From the NCBI GenBank assembly GCA_963662465.1, contig OY759599.1, positions 2,272,001 through 2,336,000 on the forward strand: a stretch of 64,000 nucleotides of DNA, in the 5' to 3' direction. The notes beneath the pieces were generated by a model. It worked only from the letters and a program-made list of their open reading frames with translations, was not told where the DNA came from and ran no database searches. Numbering within the stretch: the stretch's first letter is position 1; every line of letters begins with the position of its first letter. The DNA comes from Desulfatiglandales bacterium. Its GTDB lineage: Bacteria > Desulfobacterota > DSM-4660 > Desulfatiglandales > Desulfatiglandaceae. Below are positions 19,118 through 27,764 of this stretch, one piece after another. The position numbers and the translations under genes were made by a program.

Positions 19118-21020
19118 ATAGGGGTAGGAAAGAGCCTCTTGGCTCTCCCCTCCCTCCGAACCGTGCATGCGGTTCTCCCGCACACGGCTCTCCGGTCGAT
19201 AGTTTCCTCATCGGGATCGGCACGCTGCTAACCGGGCCTCATGCATAGTGAAAAGCCCGATTTTCGCGAAGTAGGCATTCGGCCAGCGGCGGTGGGCTTC
19301 AAGGCTTTTGCCCCAGCCCTTGCGTTTGTTACGACGTAATAATACGGCGCGTAAGCGTCGGCGGACAAACTTATCCACCGCCGCAAACTCAGTGCGGTAG
19401 GCGTGTTTGAAGTAACCAAACCAGCCTTCGAGCATGGGGTTCAGATCATCAATGATGCTTTCCATACTTCCGCTACGTTTGCGCCGGGTCTCTTCCCGGA
19501 TTTTATCACGAAGGGCTTTACGGCTTTTACTGCGTATCCAGCGCTTTCCTGCCTCAAACCGGTATCCCAGGAATTCAAATCCCTGACCCTTTTGTCGACA
19601 GTCGCCAAGATGCGTCTTGTCCGGGTGTAAGCTCAGGTCATTAGCCTGTACCCACTCCCGTACCTTTTGCAAAGCATTCTCCGCTTCCGTTTGACTGCGG
19701 CTGAGGATAACAAAGTCGTCCGCGTAACGCACCATCCGCATACCTGATTCCGCGATCAGGCTGTCAAGAGGATGCAGGTAAATATTCGCAAGCAAGGGGC
19801 TGACTACCGCCCCTTGTGGCGAACCACCCGTCGGTGTCCATCTTTCCAAGCCGTCCATCACGTCCTGTTTCAGGAACATTTGAATCAGATTGAGCAATTT
19901 GCCGTCGCTGATGCGCATTTCGACTTGTTGCATCAGCTTATCGTGCGGAATCGTATCAAAGTAACTTTTCAGGTCGGCGTCCAGTATGAAGGTGTAGCCT
20001 TCCTTAATAAGCGCGTCTACTTCTCGCAACGCGTCCTTGCAACCTCTTTGCGGCCTGAAGCCGTAACTCATCGGCAGAAATTCATGCTCGAATATGGGCT
20101 CCATAACCATTTTAACCGCTGCCTGCACTACCCGGTCTTTGACCGTGGGTATCCCCAGCGGGCGTTGTTTGCCGTCGCTTTTCGGAATGTATACCCGTTT
20201 TACCGCTTCCGGTCGGTACGTTCCCGCTTTCAAGGTTTCATGCAGTTCGGCAAGGTATTTCTCCGCCTGCTCCTTAAAGCGCTTTATGCTGATACGGTCT
20301 ATCCCTGCCGCTCCTTTATTGGCTTTGACACGTCCCCAAGCCGCTTCCAGCGTCGACAAGGCGAACACCTTATCCATCAAACTGTACCATTTACCACCTT
20401 TCACCCCGTTACCCAGGGCTGCCAACATACGTTCCGTCCACACCGATGCTTCCACCCAATCCCATCGGGTTTCTGCCTCGCGTTTAGTTGTTTCCAACAC
20501 TGCCGAGACTGCTTGATTTAGCTGCATCTATATGACCTTTCCGTATCTATCTTCCTATCCTCCTTCCCTCGGCACGGTTTTGCTATCCGCGCTTTTCACA
20601 ACCCGGTATCCGACGCAGGCGGCGGGTACTGGTCTCACGCCGTAAGCCTTGTTAGCAGGACCGTTCTGTCGCTACGGTACTATGAGGACTCTGACTCCTG
20701 CCTCCTGTCACCCCAAGAGACAGGTCTCCCTGCTTATCTCGCTTTACCTTCCAGTCATTCCGACCCCAAACATACCATGCCGTCAAACCATCGCTTTAAC
20801 CGCCATTACAGCGTGGTCTGTGAGTTTCAGGCTTCACCATGGAACGGTAGGCTCGCCACCACATGACACCGAATCGGGTTCGTCATCCTACGGACTGACT
20901 TTTCGCCTCCGGTTGCTCTCCACCCCGCCTCGCGGCGACGCAGTTACCTTCGGCTACGGAGCTATGGCATACTCCGGTACGGACTTTCACCGCACTGATA
21001 AAGCGCCTTCACAGGCGCAC
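19118..21020 (-). mobile_element. Full-length group II intron (about 1903 nt, AGC-triad domain V, endonuclease-minus maturase)
   Basis: 5' end GTGCG at 21020 (minus strand); domain V GAGCCGTGTGCGGGAGAACCGCATGCACGGTTC at ~19158-19190; domain VI ends CCTACCCCTAT at 19118; candidate EBS1 CGTTCC (20841-20846) is complementary to the last 6 exon nucleotides GGAACG. Confidence 0.9.
19208..20527 (-). CDS. ltrA: Group II intron reverse transcriptase/maturase
   Basis: GAAGID, RPLGIPTVKDRVVQ, SYGFRP, DADLKSYFD, PQG..VSPLLANIYL, YADD and FLGY motifs, then maturase X domain (GW.GYF); no HNH domain. Confidence 0.96.
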   Translation of the reverse strand: MQLNQAVSAVLETTKREAETRWDWVEASVWTERMLAALGNGVKGGKWYSLMDKVFALSTLEAAWGRVKANKGAAGIDRISIKRFKEQAEKYLAELHETLKAGTYRPEAVKRVYIPKSDGKQRPLGIPTVKDRVVQAAVKMVMEPIFEHEFLPMSYGFRPQRGCKDALREVDALIKEGYTFILDADLKSYFDTIPHDKLMQQVEMRISDGKLLNLIQMFLKQDVMDGLERWTPTGGSPQGAVVSPLLANIYLHPLDSLIAESGMRMVRYADDFVILSRSQTEAENALQKVREWVQANDLSLHPDKTHLGDCRQKGQGFEFLGYRFEAGKRWIRSKSRKALRDKIREETRRKRSGSMESIIDDLNPMLEGWFGYFKHAYRTEFAAVDKFVRRRLRAVLLRRNKRKGWGKSLEAHRRWPNAYFAKIGLFTMHEARLAACRSR

Positions 21021-21170
21021 CGTTCCCATGCTCTGCGTGGGAACGGTTTTCGGACGCTCTGCGTCCCGGTTTGGAGCCCTAAGAAATGGGCATGTAGCGG
21101 TTCAAAAGACGAATCGTCGGACGCGGAAGCGTTCAAGGTAGGTTCCCCCGGTGGATTGTGGGGAGACGGC
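21021..21170. repeat. REP/REPIN-like nested inverted-repeat element (CGTTCCCA.GCTCTGCGTGGGAACG type)
   Basis: Hairpin cgttcccatg-ctctg-cgtgggaacg, inner hairpin ggacgctctgcgtcc, and degenerate mirror copies ggacgcggaagcgttc and ttcccc...ggggagacg. Confidence 0.7.
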
Positions 21171-21179
21171 CAAGACCTA

Positions 21180-21539
21180 TTAAGCCCATTGATTATCAAT
21201 CAGGCTTTCATATGGGATGCCCATCCCGTGGTGCAACCTGAAAATCTGTTTCAGGGAAAGGGTTCTCTTGCGGCTTAAGACATCGCTAACCCTGCTTCTG
21301 GGGCCAAGGAACGTTTCCAGATCTTTGCGTTTCAAATCCAGCTGTTCCATTCTGAACAAAATGGCGTCAACCGGATCGGATGGGGGCATGGGATAATGTT
21401 TGTCTTCGTATGCCTCCACGAGTGTCATCAACACATCCAATTCGTCGCCATCAATTGTACCCATTTCAGATCCCCAAAGGTTTTCAATGCGTTTCAGCGC
21501 TTCACGATATGATTTGTCATCCCGAATCGGTTTAATCAT
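21180..21539 (-). CDS. higA: HigA-family antitoxin (XRE HTH)
   Basis: IKPIR....Y..AL, LVEAYE..HYP...DPV.AI.FRMEQ, SRVS.VL..KR.LSL; overlaps the toxin stop codon. Confidence 0.9.
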   Translation of the reverse strand: MIKPIRDDKSYREALKRIENLWGSEMGTIDGDELDVLMTLVEAYEDKHYPMPPSDPVDAILFRMEQLDLKRKDLETFLGPRSRVSDVLSRKRTLSLKQIFRLHHGMGIPYESLIDNQWA

Positions 21540-21844
21540 GTCTGTTGCACCTCCTTTACGTTTATGGCATCGTATTCATCATAGGTGCCGACAAACTTAA
21601 TGTACATGGCTTGCCTCGGGTAATCCATTGCACATACAATGCGATAGCCATTTCCTTTCACATTAAAAACGGCCCTGTCTTTTTCTACAAAAGAGACGTG
21701 GCGGAATGTGTTCTTCACATCCTGAGGCGTTGCCCAATCCTTTTTGACGCAAAAGTGGTACCACTCATTAAGCCAGGGCTTTGACTTCTCATTGCCTGCT
21801 TTTTCCCAGTATTGTCTAAGCCTGCTTTTTGCGATGATTCTCAT
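21536..21844 (-). CDS. higB: HigB-family mRNA interferase toxin
   Basis: MRIIAKS.L..YW, W.TPQDVK..F, VFNVKGN.YR.V, KFVGT..EYD.I. Confidence 0.92.
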   Translation of the reverse strand: MRIIAKSRLRQYWEKAGNEKSKPWLNEWYHFCVKKDWATPQDVKNTFRHVSFVEKDRAVFNVKGNGYRIVCAMDYPRQAMYIKFVGTYDEYDAINVKEVQQT

Positions 21845-21850
21845 TTGGAT

Positions 21851-21879
21851 ATTATAATGTTACCAATGTGGTAACGCAA
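21851..21879 (-). promoter_or_regulatory. sigma70 promoter (TTGCGT-N17-TATAAT) with palindromic operator GTTACCA-N3-TGGTAAC
   Basis: -10 lies 6 nt upstream of the higB ATG; perfect inverted repeat at 21859-21875 occupies the spacer and overlaps the -35. Confidence 0.75.
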
Positions 21880-21897
21880 CTTTTTTCCAGCTCCAAC

Positions 21898-22040
21898 CCA
21901 GAAACCCTTTTTGATCTGATCAGCACCTCGCCCAGGCACAAAAGACATTTCATCTACAACCGCGGACATGCGCCCCTTCCCCGCGAACCCATGATGAAGG
22001 AGATTTTTGACTGGATGGATAGCTATCAAGGGCCGGTGGA
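21898..22040 (+). pseudogene. C-terminal fragment of an alpha/beta-hydrolase
   Basis: PETLFDLISTSPRHKRHFIYNRGH.P.PR...KEIFDWMDSYQGPV resembles the catalytic-His/terminal-helix end of esterase-type hydrolases; no upstream coding part present. Confidence 0.45.
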
Positions 22041-22577
22041 TTGCGGCGGAATAGCTGGGGTTGGGGTGTCGGTTGCGAGGAAGTAGAAGAGACGCCTTTC
22101 CCCGGCGGAGGAGAATGCCGGAGAAAGGGAAGCAAAATTAAGGTCTTGGGTCCTGAATCATGATGCCGGCCAGAAATTGAACCAGAACATGATGTTCCGG
22201 GTGGCTTCGGGAAGGCTCATGTAAAGGGATTGAAACAAGGTTTTTACGTCGGCGGCTGTGTATTCTTCCGTGCCCATGCTGATATTTGGGACGGTTTGCG
22301 AGGCATCCCACAAAATCCGTTTGGGTCCGTTGGATGGGGTGGCCCATTCCTCATATCCGAGTCGGTCTTTGCCATATGCGAAAGAAGGTCAGGATCTTGG
22401 CTCCGGACCGTATCATGACGCTCCGCGAGACTGGGGATAGGTTTAAAATTCCTTAGCATTTCAATTTCGAGGAATTCATACAACCCACCTCCGGGACAAG
22501 GCTGAACGCATGTTCAGGGGTATGAAGATGAAGGGGAGGGAATAAAAGAGTAATGGTATCTCAAAAATGAATATTCT

Positions 22578-22606
22578 TTGACGTTGATCTCTGATTGCGA
22601 TATAGT
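22578..22606 (+). promoter_or_regulatory. sigma70 promoter TTGACG-N17-TATAGT for the second higBA
   Basis: Canonical 17-nt spacing; -10 ends 6 nt before the ATG at 22613. Confidence 0.7.
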
Positions 22607-22612
22607 TGCGGC

Positions 22613-22900
22613 ATGCATGTGATAACACGAAGACGGTTGCTGGAATTCAGCGAGAAATATTCGGATGCCGGTGAGCCTTTAGACCGCTGGTATCGAATTG
22701 TAAAACATACTGATTTTGCATCATTCACAGAGGTACGCAATACCTTTCCACAAGCGGATCGAGTGGGAAGATTAGTTGTTTTCGATATTGGCGGGAATAA
22801 GTATAGACTAATTACCTACATCCTTTATGCTCGGAAAAGAATTTATATCAGGGATATCTTGACCCATCCTGAATACGATAAAGGAAAATGGAAGGAATAA
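22613..22900 (+). CDS. higB: HigB-family toxin (second copy)
   Basis: MHVITRRRL.EF, L..WY, VFDIGGNKYRLI, ILTH.EYDKGKWK. Confidence 0.92.
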   Translation: MHVITRRRLLEFSEKYSDAGEPLDRWYRIVKHTDFASFTEVRNTFPQADRVGRLVVFDIGGNKYRLITYILYARKRIYIRDILTHPEYDKGKWKE

Positions 22901-22903
22901 CCA

Positions 22904-23323
22904 ATGATTGCATTGGAACAAGAATTAAATGAAACCGTCAGAGTGTGGCCGGTGGCGTCAAAAGTTGTGTCGACCATCCGTACAAAAACCGATTACAATA
23001 AAATGGTCAATCTTTTGGATGTACTGATCGATTCCGTGAGTGAAAAATCAGACCCGGTCAAAGAATCATTGATTGATATACTGGGAACCTTGGTCAAGGA
23101 TTATGAGGATCGAAATATTCCAGAACCGGAAGGTGATCTAATCGGAAGTCTGAAGTATTTGATGGCTGAGCATGGGCTACAACAAAGGGATCTAAAGGAA
23201 ATTGGCAGTCAAGGCGTTGTATCGGAAATCTTAAACGGAAAACGAAAACTGAATATTAGACAAATCAAAGCATTGAGCAATCGGTTCCATGTGTCGCCTG
23301 CTGTCTTTATTGGGGAAGAGTAA
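22904..23323 (+). CDS. higA: HigA-family antitoxin (second copy)
   Basis: LV.DYE, L.YLM.EHGL.Q.DL.EIGSQGVVSEIL.GKR.LN.RQI.AL..RF.VSPAVF. Confidence 0.92.
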   Translation: MIALEQELNETVRVWPVASKVVSTIRTKTDYNKMVNLLDVLIDSVSEKSDPVKESLIDILGTLVKDYEDRNIPEPEGDLIGSLKYLMAEHGLQQRDLKEIGSQGVVSEILNGKRKLNIRQIKALSNRFHVSPAVFIGEE

Positions 23324-23359
23324 CTGATACATTCTGACATTCCCGTCCCGTAAGGACAA

Positions 23360-23467
23360 GTGAAATCGCGACTGAGCTTCAAGGCAAGAGGGAAAGATGT
23401 CATAGAAGGTGGTGACAGGTATCACCTCCGGCAGGAAGCTTACGCTTATATGGCCCTTTCCAGGGCT
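23360..23467 (+). pseudogene. Possible C-terminal remnant of an IS200/RAYT-like (Y1) transposase
   Basis: Translates VKSRLSFKARGKDVIEGGDRYHLRQEAYAYMALSRA, recalled as similar to the tail of deltaproteobacterial Y1 transposases; no HUH motif remains and the match is unverified. Confidence 0.3.
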
Positions 23468-23491
23468 ACAGTCGCAAGCCGGGACAAAATG

Positions 23492-23643
23492 TTTGAACAC
23501 GATTTGAAAGATTAAATGATGGACAGGATTGCCATTGGCCGATGAAACGCAAACAAAGGGGTGTAAAGGGGTTTAAAGGAACTTGTCCTGACGTCGGATT
23601 CTAATCCTGTTCATCGCGTTTAATCCTGTGAATCGTGTTCAAA
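23492..23643. repeat. MITE-like long imperfect inverted repeat (ACAGGATT/AATCCTGT type)
   Basis: tttgaacacgatt...gatggacaggatt (23492-23530) pairs with aatcctgttcatc...aatcgtgttcaaa (23603-23643). Confidence 0.75.
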
Positions 23644-23664
23644 ACAGGAAGGATGCCACAAAAC

Positions 23665-23706
23665 GTGATCATTTCCGTACAACAATCACAGGACCGTCAA
23701 CCGGGC
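23665..23706 (+). repeat. Left copy of a 42-bp inverted repeat (partner at 26646-26687)
   Basis: 39/42 identity to the reverse complement of 26646-26687 by manual alignment. Confidence 0.88.
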
Positions 23707-23883
23707 AGCGGACCTGCAAAGCTCTCGACGTAAAACTCACGGCTGAAGCCGTACATGGGTAGGGTTTTTCTTCGATAAAACCGTGTCCGGGGAGCTGGTG
23801 AATCCCGAGAGACATCTGTTGAAGCCAAATGGTCATGCGGCTTTGACGGCGGCGATGGATCATCGTCCGTAGACTAAAGAATA

Positions 23884-23950
23884 ATCTCGCGCAAAGACGC
23901 AAAGGCGCAAAGAAAAAGACTATGTTTTAAAAACTTTGCTTGGCGCGAGA
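23884..23950. repeat. Short inverted repeat with CGCAAAG subrepeats (MITE-like)
   Basis: tctcgcgcaaagacgcaaaggcgcaaag ... ctttgcttggcgcgaga. Confidence 0.6.
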
Positions 23951-24074
23951 AATAAAAAGAGGTCGTAAAAGGAAAAAACGACTGCGAAGAGCAAAAGGGG
24001 TGTTTGTACGGGGATTTTGGCCGGTACATTCTCATCGAACACAAAAGCAGGTTGTACAAACGCACGCAGCTGCT

Positions 24075-24100
24075 GTAGAGACAAGGCATGCCTTGTCTCT
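24075..24100. repeat. GTAG-type REP palindrome
   Basis: GT followed by the perfect palindrome AGAGACAAGGCATGCCTTGTCTCT. Confidence 0.75.
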
Positions 24101-24175
24101 GGGGGGAGTTTCATGCTTGGAAACGAATGCATGGGGACAAAAATGCCAACCCCTTCAGCTTTCACCGCCCGCATT

Positions 24176-26140
24176 TTACCCTCTCAATTTAGCTTTGAAT
24201 TCCCTCCGGGCGTCGTTAATGGCGGAAAGGATCTCCCGCTTAAACTCATCCCGGTTGACGGCTTCTTCGAGTTTTATGAGCAGTTTATCCACAGAAACAC
24301 CCACAACAATCCCTCCGATGATGCCGCCGATAATCGCACCCCCGGCAGTGCCTACAAGAGGGATCACAGATCCTATGGCAGCGCCCGCTGCTGCACCTGC
24401 TCCCACACCACCGACAGATCCGGCGGTTTTGCTAACCACAACTTTTGTCAATGCCTTCGCGGCCAGTTTAACGACGTTTTTCCCCATGATCTTCGCAATG
24501 ATCTTTTTAATGACGACAGCAGTAACAACACCTGCGGCAGCCCCTGCGCCACCTGCGGTCACCAGTCTGGCTTGTGTTCCCATGAGTACAGGTGGCTCAG
24601 TTATATCCTTCAATGATACTTTTTGAACGATTTGGAATGAAGATCCCTCGGGATTCACACGATTTCTATCCATAATCTTTCCGATGGTCTGTTGGTAAGC
24701 CTGCCACGCATTTTTGTGGTTGGAAAGGGCATGATTGAAAGAAGCCTCCACTTCCTTAAACGCATCGCCTTGCTGCAAGCACTCTTCAAGTTTTTCGACC
24801 ATATAGCCTTCCAGTTCCCCTACCAGCAGATTCGCGATGCGGGAATATTCGCCCACCAGGCTGTAATACCAATCCAGATAGGCGTCCACATTGCCTTCCA
24901 GGCGGTCAAAGGCGCGGTCTGCCTGGCCCTCCAGGTGGACCAGCGACACTTCGACGGTGTGCAGGGCTTTAACCTTGGCTTTTTCAAGCTGCAGGATGGT
25001 GCCTTCTTTGAAAAATTCATCTCCGATTTTTTCGACCTTTTGAATAACCCAGGTTTCAGCGGTCTGCCTGGCTTCGGCCATTTCCGGGCTTTGCTGGACC
25101 CACGCCTCGATGTAACAGAAAAGGGGAAGGTAAATGAAGAGGGCCAGAAATGCCGTGACGGCGGAAATAGCGGCGATGCGAGAAAGCGAAACCGCATGTG
25201 GCCGGTCGGCATCGGAAAGGGGCCCGAACACACGGCGATATTCCACACCAGGGATGAGGAAACAGGAGAGGATTGCACAGGCGTTGTAGAAAACCACCAG
25301 GTTGACGATGCCAAGAAGTGCCAACTGCCAAAGCGCATCGAGAGCGCCAAGCTGTCCAAGGGAATATGCTTTCACCCCGTCGTAAAAGGCAAGATACTGG
25401 GAGACCTCCTGAACCAGGGCGCTCCCGGTCATGTCAGCCACCGCGGCCTTCTTGGCGTTAATGGCATCCGCAAGCGAAGGGTACACGGTTGCATCCCCGA
25501 AATAACCGGTCAAAACCACGTAGGCCAACAGCATGACCACAGGACACAGCCGCCGCGACCATGCAAGCGCCATGCTGGTAATCAGATAAGGTTTGATTTC
25601 ACGAGCGATGACTTTCCGAAGCTCTGAAAAAACCAACCAGAAAATAGGGATAACAAGAAAAAAGACACCCCATTCCAAGCGGTTATAGGTATGAAATTGA
25701 ACCAGCATGAAAAATGACGTGACCAGCGCCCAGCAAATCCAAAGGATAACCCTTAAGGGGCGACCTGAAAATAACTTGAAAAGCCGACCTCGGCCGGCAA
25801 AAATGTGCAACCTTCGGATTTGACGAATGGTATTGGCGTAAATCCCACACAGAGCGATGGGTACACTAAACAAAAAAACACTGAGGACCACAACCCAAAA
25901 ATGGTTCGTGGCAAATTGTGTGGCCATTACAAGGGTGAAGGCGCACCAAGCCATTGATTTAAGACAGAATGCTGTAAAACCAAAGGACTTGGTATCGGAA
26001 TGTGGTGTTCGGCTGTTGTCGAAATTCCGGCCGCCATCAGCATCGGTTGATTCAGGATCAACGATGATATAATGGGACTTTTCTGTTGCGGTTGGAATCC
26101 CAATCGGCTTTTGCGGTTTTTTCTCCTTACATATAAACAC
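24176..26140 (-). CDS. Hypothetical multi-pass membrane protein with helical mid-region and C-terminal glycine-zipper-like segment
   Basis: 654-aa ORF with several N-terminal TM segments and GGVGAGAAAGAAIGSVIP.VGTAGGAIIGGIIGG near the C-terminus; true start may be downstream. Confidence 0.75.
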   Translation of the reverse strand: MFICKEKKPQKPIGIPTATEKSHYIIVDPESTDADGGRNFDNSRTPHSDTKSFGFTAFCLKSMAWCAFTLVMATQFATNHFWVVVLSVFLFSVPIALCGIYANTIRQIRRLHIFAGRGRLFKLFSGRPLRVILWICWALVTSFFMLVQFHTYNRLEWGVFFLVIPIFWLVFSELRKVIAREIKPYLITSMALAWSRRLCPVVMLLAYVVLTGYFGDATVYPSLADAINAKKAAVADMTGSALVQEVSQYLAFYDGVKAYSLGQLGALDALWQLALLGIVNLVVFYNACAILSCFLIPGVEYRRVFGPLSDADRPHAVSLSRIAAISAVTAFLALFIYLPLFCYIEAWVQQSPEMAEARQTAETWVIQKVEKIGDEFFKEGTILQLEKAKVKALHTVEVSLVHLEGQADRAFDRLEGNVDAYLDWYYSLVGEYSRIANLLVGELEGYMVEKLEECLQQGDAFKEVEASFNHALSNHKNAWQAYQQTIGKIMDRNRVNPEGSSFQIVQKVSLKDITEPPVLMGTQARLVTAGGAGAAAGVVTAVVIKKIIAKIMGKNVVKLAAKALTKVVVSKTAGSVGGVGAGAAAGAAIGSVIPLVGTAGGAIIGGIIGGIVVGVSVDKLLIKLEEAVNRDEFKREILSAINDARREFKAKLRG

Positions 26141-26297
26141 AGTGCCTCCTTGATTTACCCATATTCTTGTGTCACAGATAAACCCACCTTAACACAGGTC
26201 TTTGTCAAATACGGTCACACCAAAGAAAGATTTTTTATTTTTTTTCAAAAAGATATCTCTGATAGAGCTAACAGCAACACCCGTGAATAAGTGCCAC

Positions 26298-26519
26298 TCA
26301 TGCTGCTTCCCGGCATAGGATTTCAATATCCTGGATAAAATTAGTACATTCCGACACCGGTCTTTTTACCGTATAGGGCGCATGTGCGATATCGATAACG
26401 CGGCGAGGACATAGAGCCATTAGCGCAACAACTCTGATTTGAGGGAATGCGCCATAGTCTCTTCCCGAGTTGTGTTTTCCAAATTTTTGCCGATTGCTTT
26501 CAGCGACCGACATCGTCAT
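26298..26519 (-). pseudogene. IS4-family transposase fragment
   Basis: T..VA...N...FG....G...GAFPQIRVVAL.......ID....PY matches the stretch following the first DDE aspartate in IS4 transposases; only ~70 aa remain. Confidence 0.65.
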
Positions 26520-26568
26520 AACTTAGGGTGCAATAAAAAAAAGTGACGCAGGCAGACCCAAACAGAAA

Positions 26569-26649
26569 GGCGGACACATAGATCCGCCCCTACGGGCATA
26601 TCGTGAATCAAAAGATGGGGTGGGTAGGGACAGACCTGTGTGTCCGCCC
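26569..26649. repeat. Pair of inverted GTAG-type REP elements
   Basis: ggcggacacatagatccgcccctac (26569-26593) and gtagggacagacctgtgtgtccgccc (26624-26649). Confidence 0.78.
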
Positions 26650-26687
26650 GGTTGACGGTCCGGCGATTGTTGTGCGGAAATGATCAC
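26646..26687 (-). repeat. Right copy of the 42-bp inverted repeat
   Basis: Reverse complement gtgatcatttccgcacaacaatcgccggaccgtcaaccgggc matches 23665-23706. Confidence 0.88.
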
Positions 26688-26697
26688 ATTGTTCTAT

Positions 26698-27195
26698 TTA
26701 TTCGACCTCAAAAGCAATCCGTTCAGCAGTTTCCTCCTGACCCAGATTGCCGGCCTCAATGGTAATCCGAGCATATTTTTCGTACAGGCGCCGGCGCTCA
26801 TCAAACAACTCCCGAAAGGATTGCCCATCGGCTTTTGCGATTCCCCTTTGATCAAAATTCCGGATTCGCTTTTTCAAGGTTTCATAATCAACCTTTAAAA
26901 AGACCACTGTTGAGATGTCAACCAAATGCATCATGGCATCATGGCTGTAAACAGCGCTACCCCCTGTTGCAATGACATGCTTTTCCACATTTATCTTTAG
27001 GATTTCGAGGGACTCTATTAATCGCAGATTCATATGATCCGTTTCATCCATGATCCTTTGAAGCGACTTTTGTTGATTGACCTGGATTAACACGTCGGTA
27101 TCAATGAATCCATAAGACAAGACTTTAGCCAGAATGATGCCGATCGTACTTTTTCCGGCCCCGGGCATTCCGATAAGGGTTATGTTTGATTTCAT
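26698..27195 (-). CDS. aroK: Shikimate kinase
   Basis: NITLIGMPGAGKSTIG, FIDTD, VIATGGS and R..LY.KYA motifs. Confidence 0.85.
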   Translation of the reverse strand: MKSNITLIGMPGAGKSTIGIILAKVLSYGFIDTDVLIQVNQQKSLQRIMDETDHMNLRLIESLEILKINVEKHVIATGGSAVYSHDAMMHLVDISTVVFLKVDYETLKKRIRNFDQRGIAKADGQSFRELFDERRRLYEKYARITIEAGNLGQEETAERIAFEVE

Positions 27196-27641
27196 TTTTT
27201 TCCTTCCCTCAATATCGTGAACAGAAAATCACGGGTTTCATAGCATATTGCCGATATTCACAAAATGAAAAAAACCAAGTTTCAGATTTTAGCATCACAC
27301 TAAATCTACACTTAACTTTACACTCTATTTTTCAATTAACTTACTGGATAACAGATGTATTTTTCAGCGGACCCAAAATATGAATCATCATTAGAGCAAC
27401 CCATGAAAGGACAAACGTCAAACACTACCATCACAAAATTTTACTAAATGTTCGACCATTTTGATTCTCAGAAAGCGCAATTCAGATCCCATCAATCAAC
27501 CTAAAGCAATACAAAATATTGTTTTTATGGCATATATTAATCATTCGCACTTTTCTGCATCCCATGGTTAAAAAGATTCACGAAAGAGAAGATCCCCCCC
27601 CTTATCAATAAAACGTTTTCAAAGGAAATCGTCAGGCCAGG

Positions 27642-27699
27642 GTGTAAAGCAGTGTAAAGTTTCCAGAGATTAGATGTAAAAAAAACCAGACCTTTACAC
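27642..27699 (+). promoter_or_regulatory. Putative upstream activator sites (TGTAAA/TTTACA half-sites) for a sigma54 enhancer-binding protein
   Basis: TGTAAA at 27643, 27653 and 27675 and TTTACA at 27693, roughly 70-120 nt upstream of the -24 element; IHF-like TTTCAAAAGGTTA at ~27736-27748. Confidence 0.5.
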
Positions 27700-27764
27700 T
27701 TAAAAAAAATAGACACCGTCAGCCTATTCTTTTTATTTCAAAAGGTTACATAGATTCTCCAATT

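Noticed and set aside
19208..20527. RT as retron, DGR, CRISPR-associated or defence RT
   Set aside because: Maturase domain, GTGCG 5' end and domains V/VI identify an ordinary group II intron.
19118..21020. Class IIC assignment because of insertion after a hairpin
   Set aside because: Domain V is full length with an AGC triad rather than the short CGC type.
20649..21278. 209-aa plus-strand ORF
   Set aside because: Runs antisense across intron RNA domains and the REP element; likely spurious.
22138..22483. Overlapping short minus-strand ORFs between the TA modules
   Set aside because: Possibly gene debris, but no frame could be assigned to a family.
24692..25627. 311-aa plus-strand ORF
   Set aside because: Antisense to the 654-aa membrane protein; no recognisable features.
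21021..26687. Integron cassette array or CRISPR array
   Set aside because: No integrase, no convincing RYYYAAC/GTTRRRY attC pairs and no regularly spaced direct repeats.
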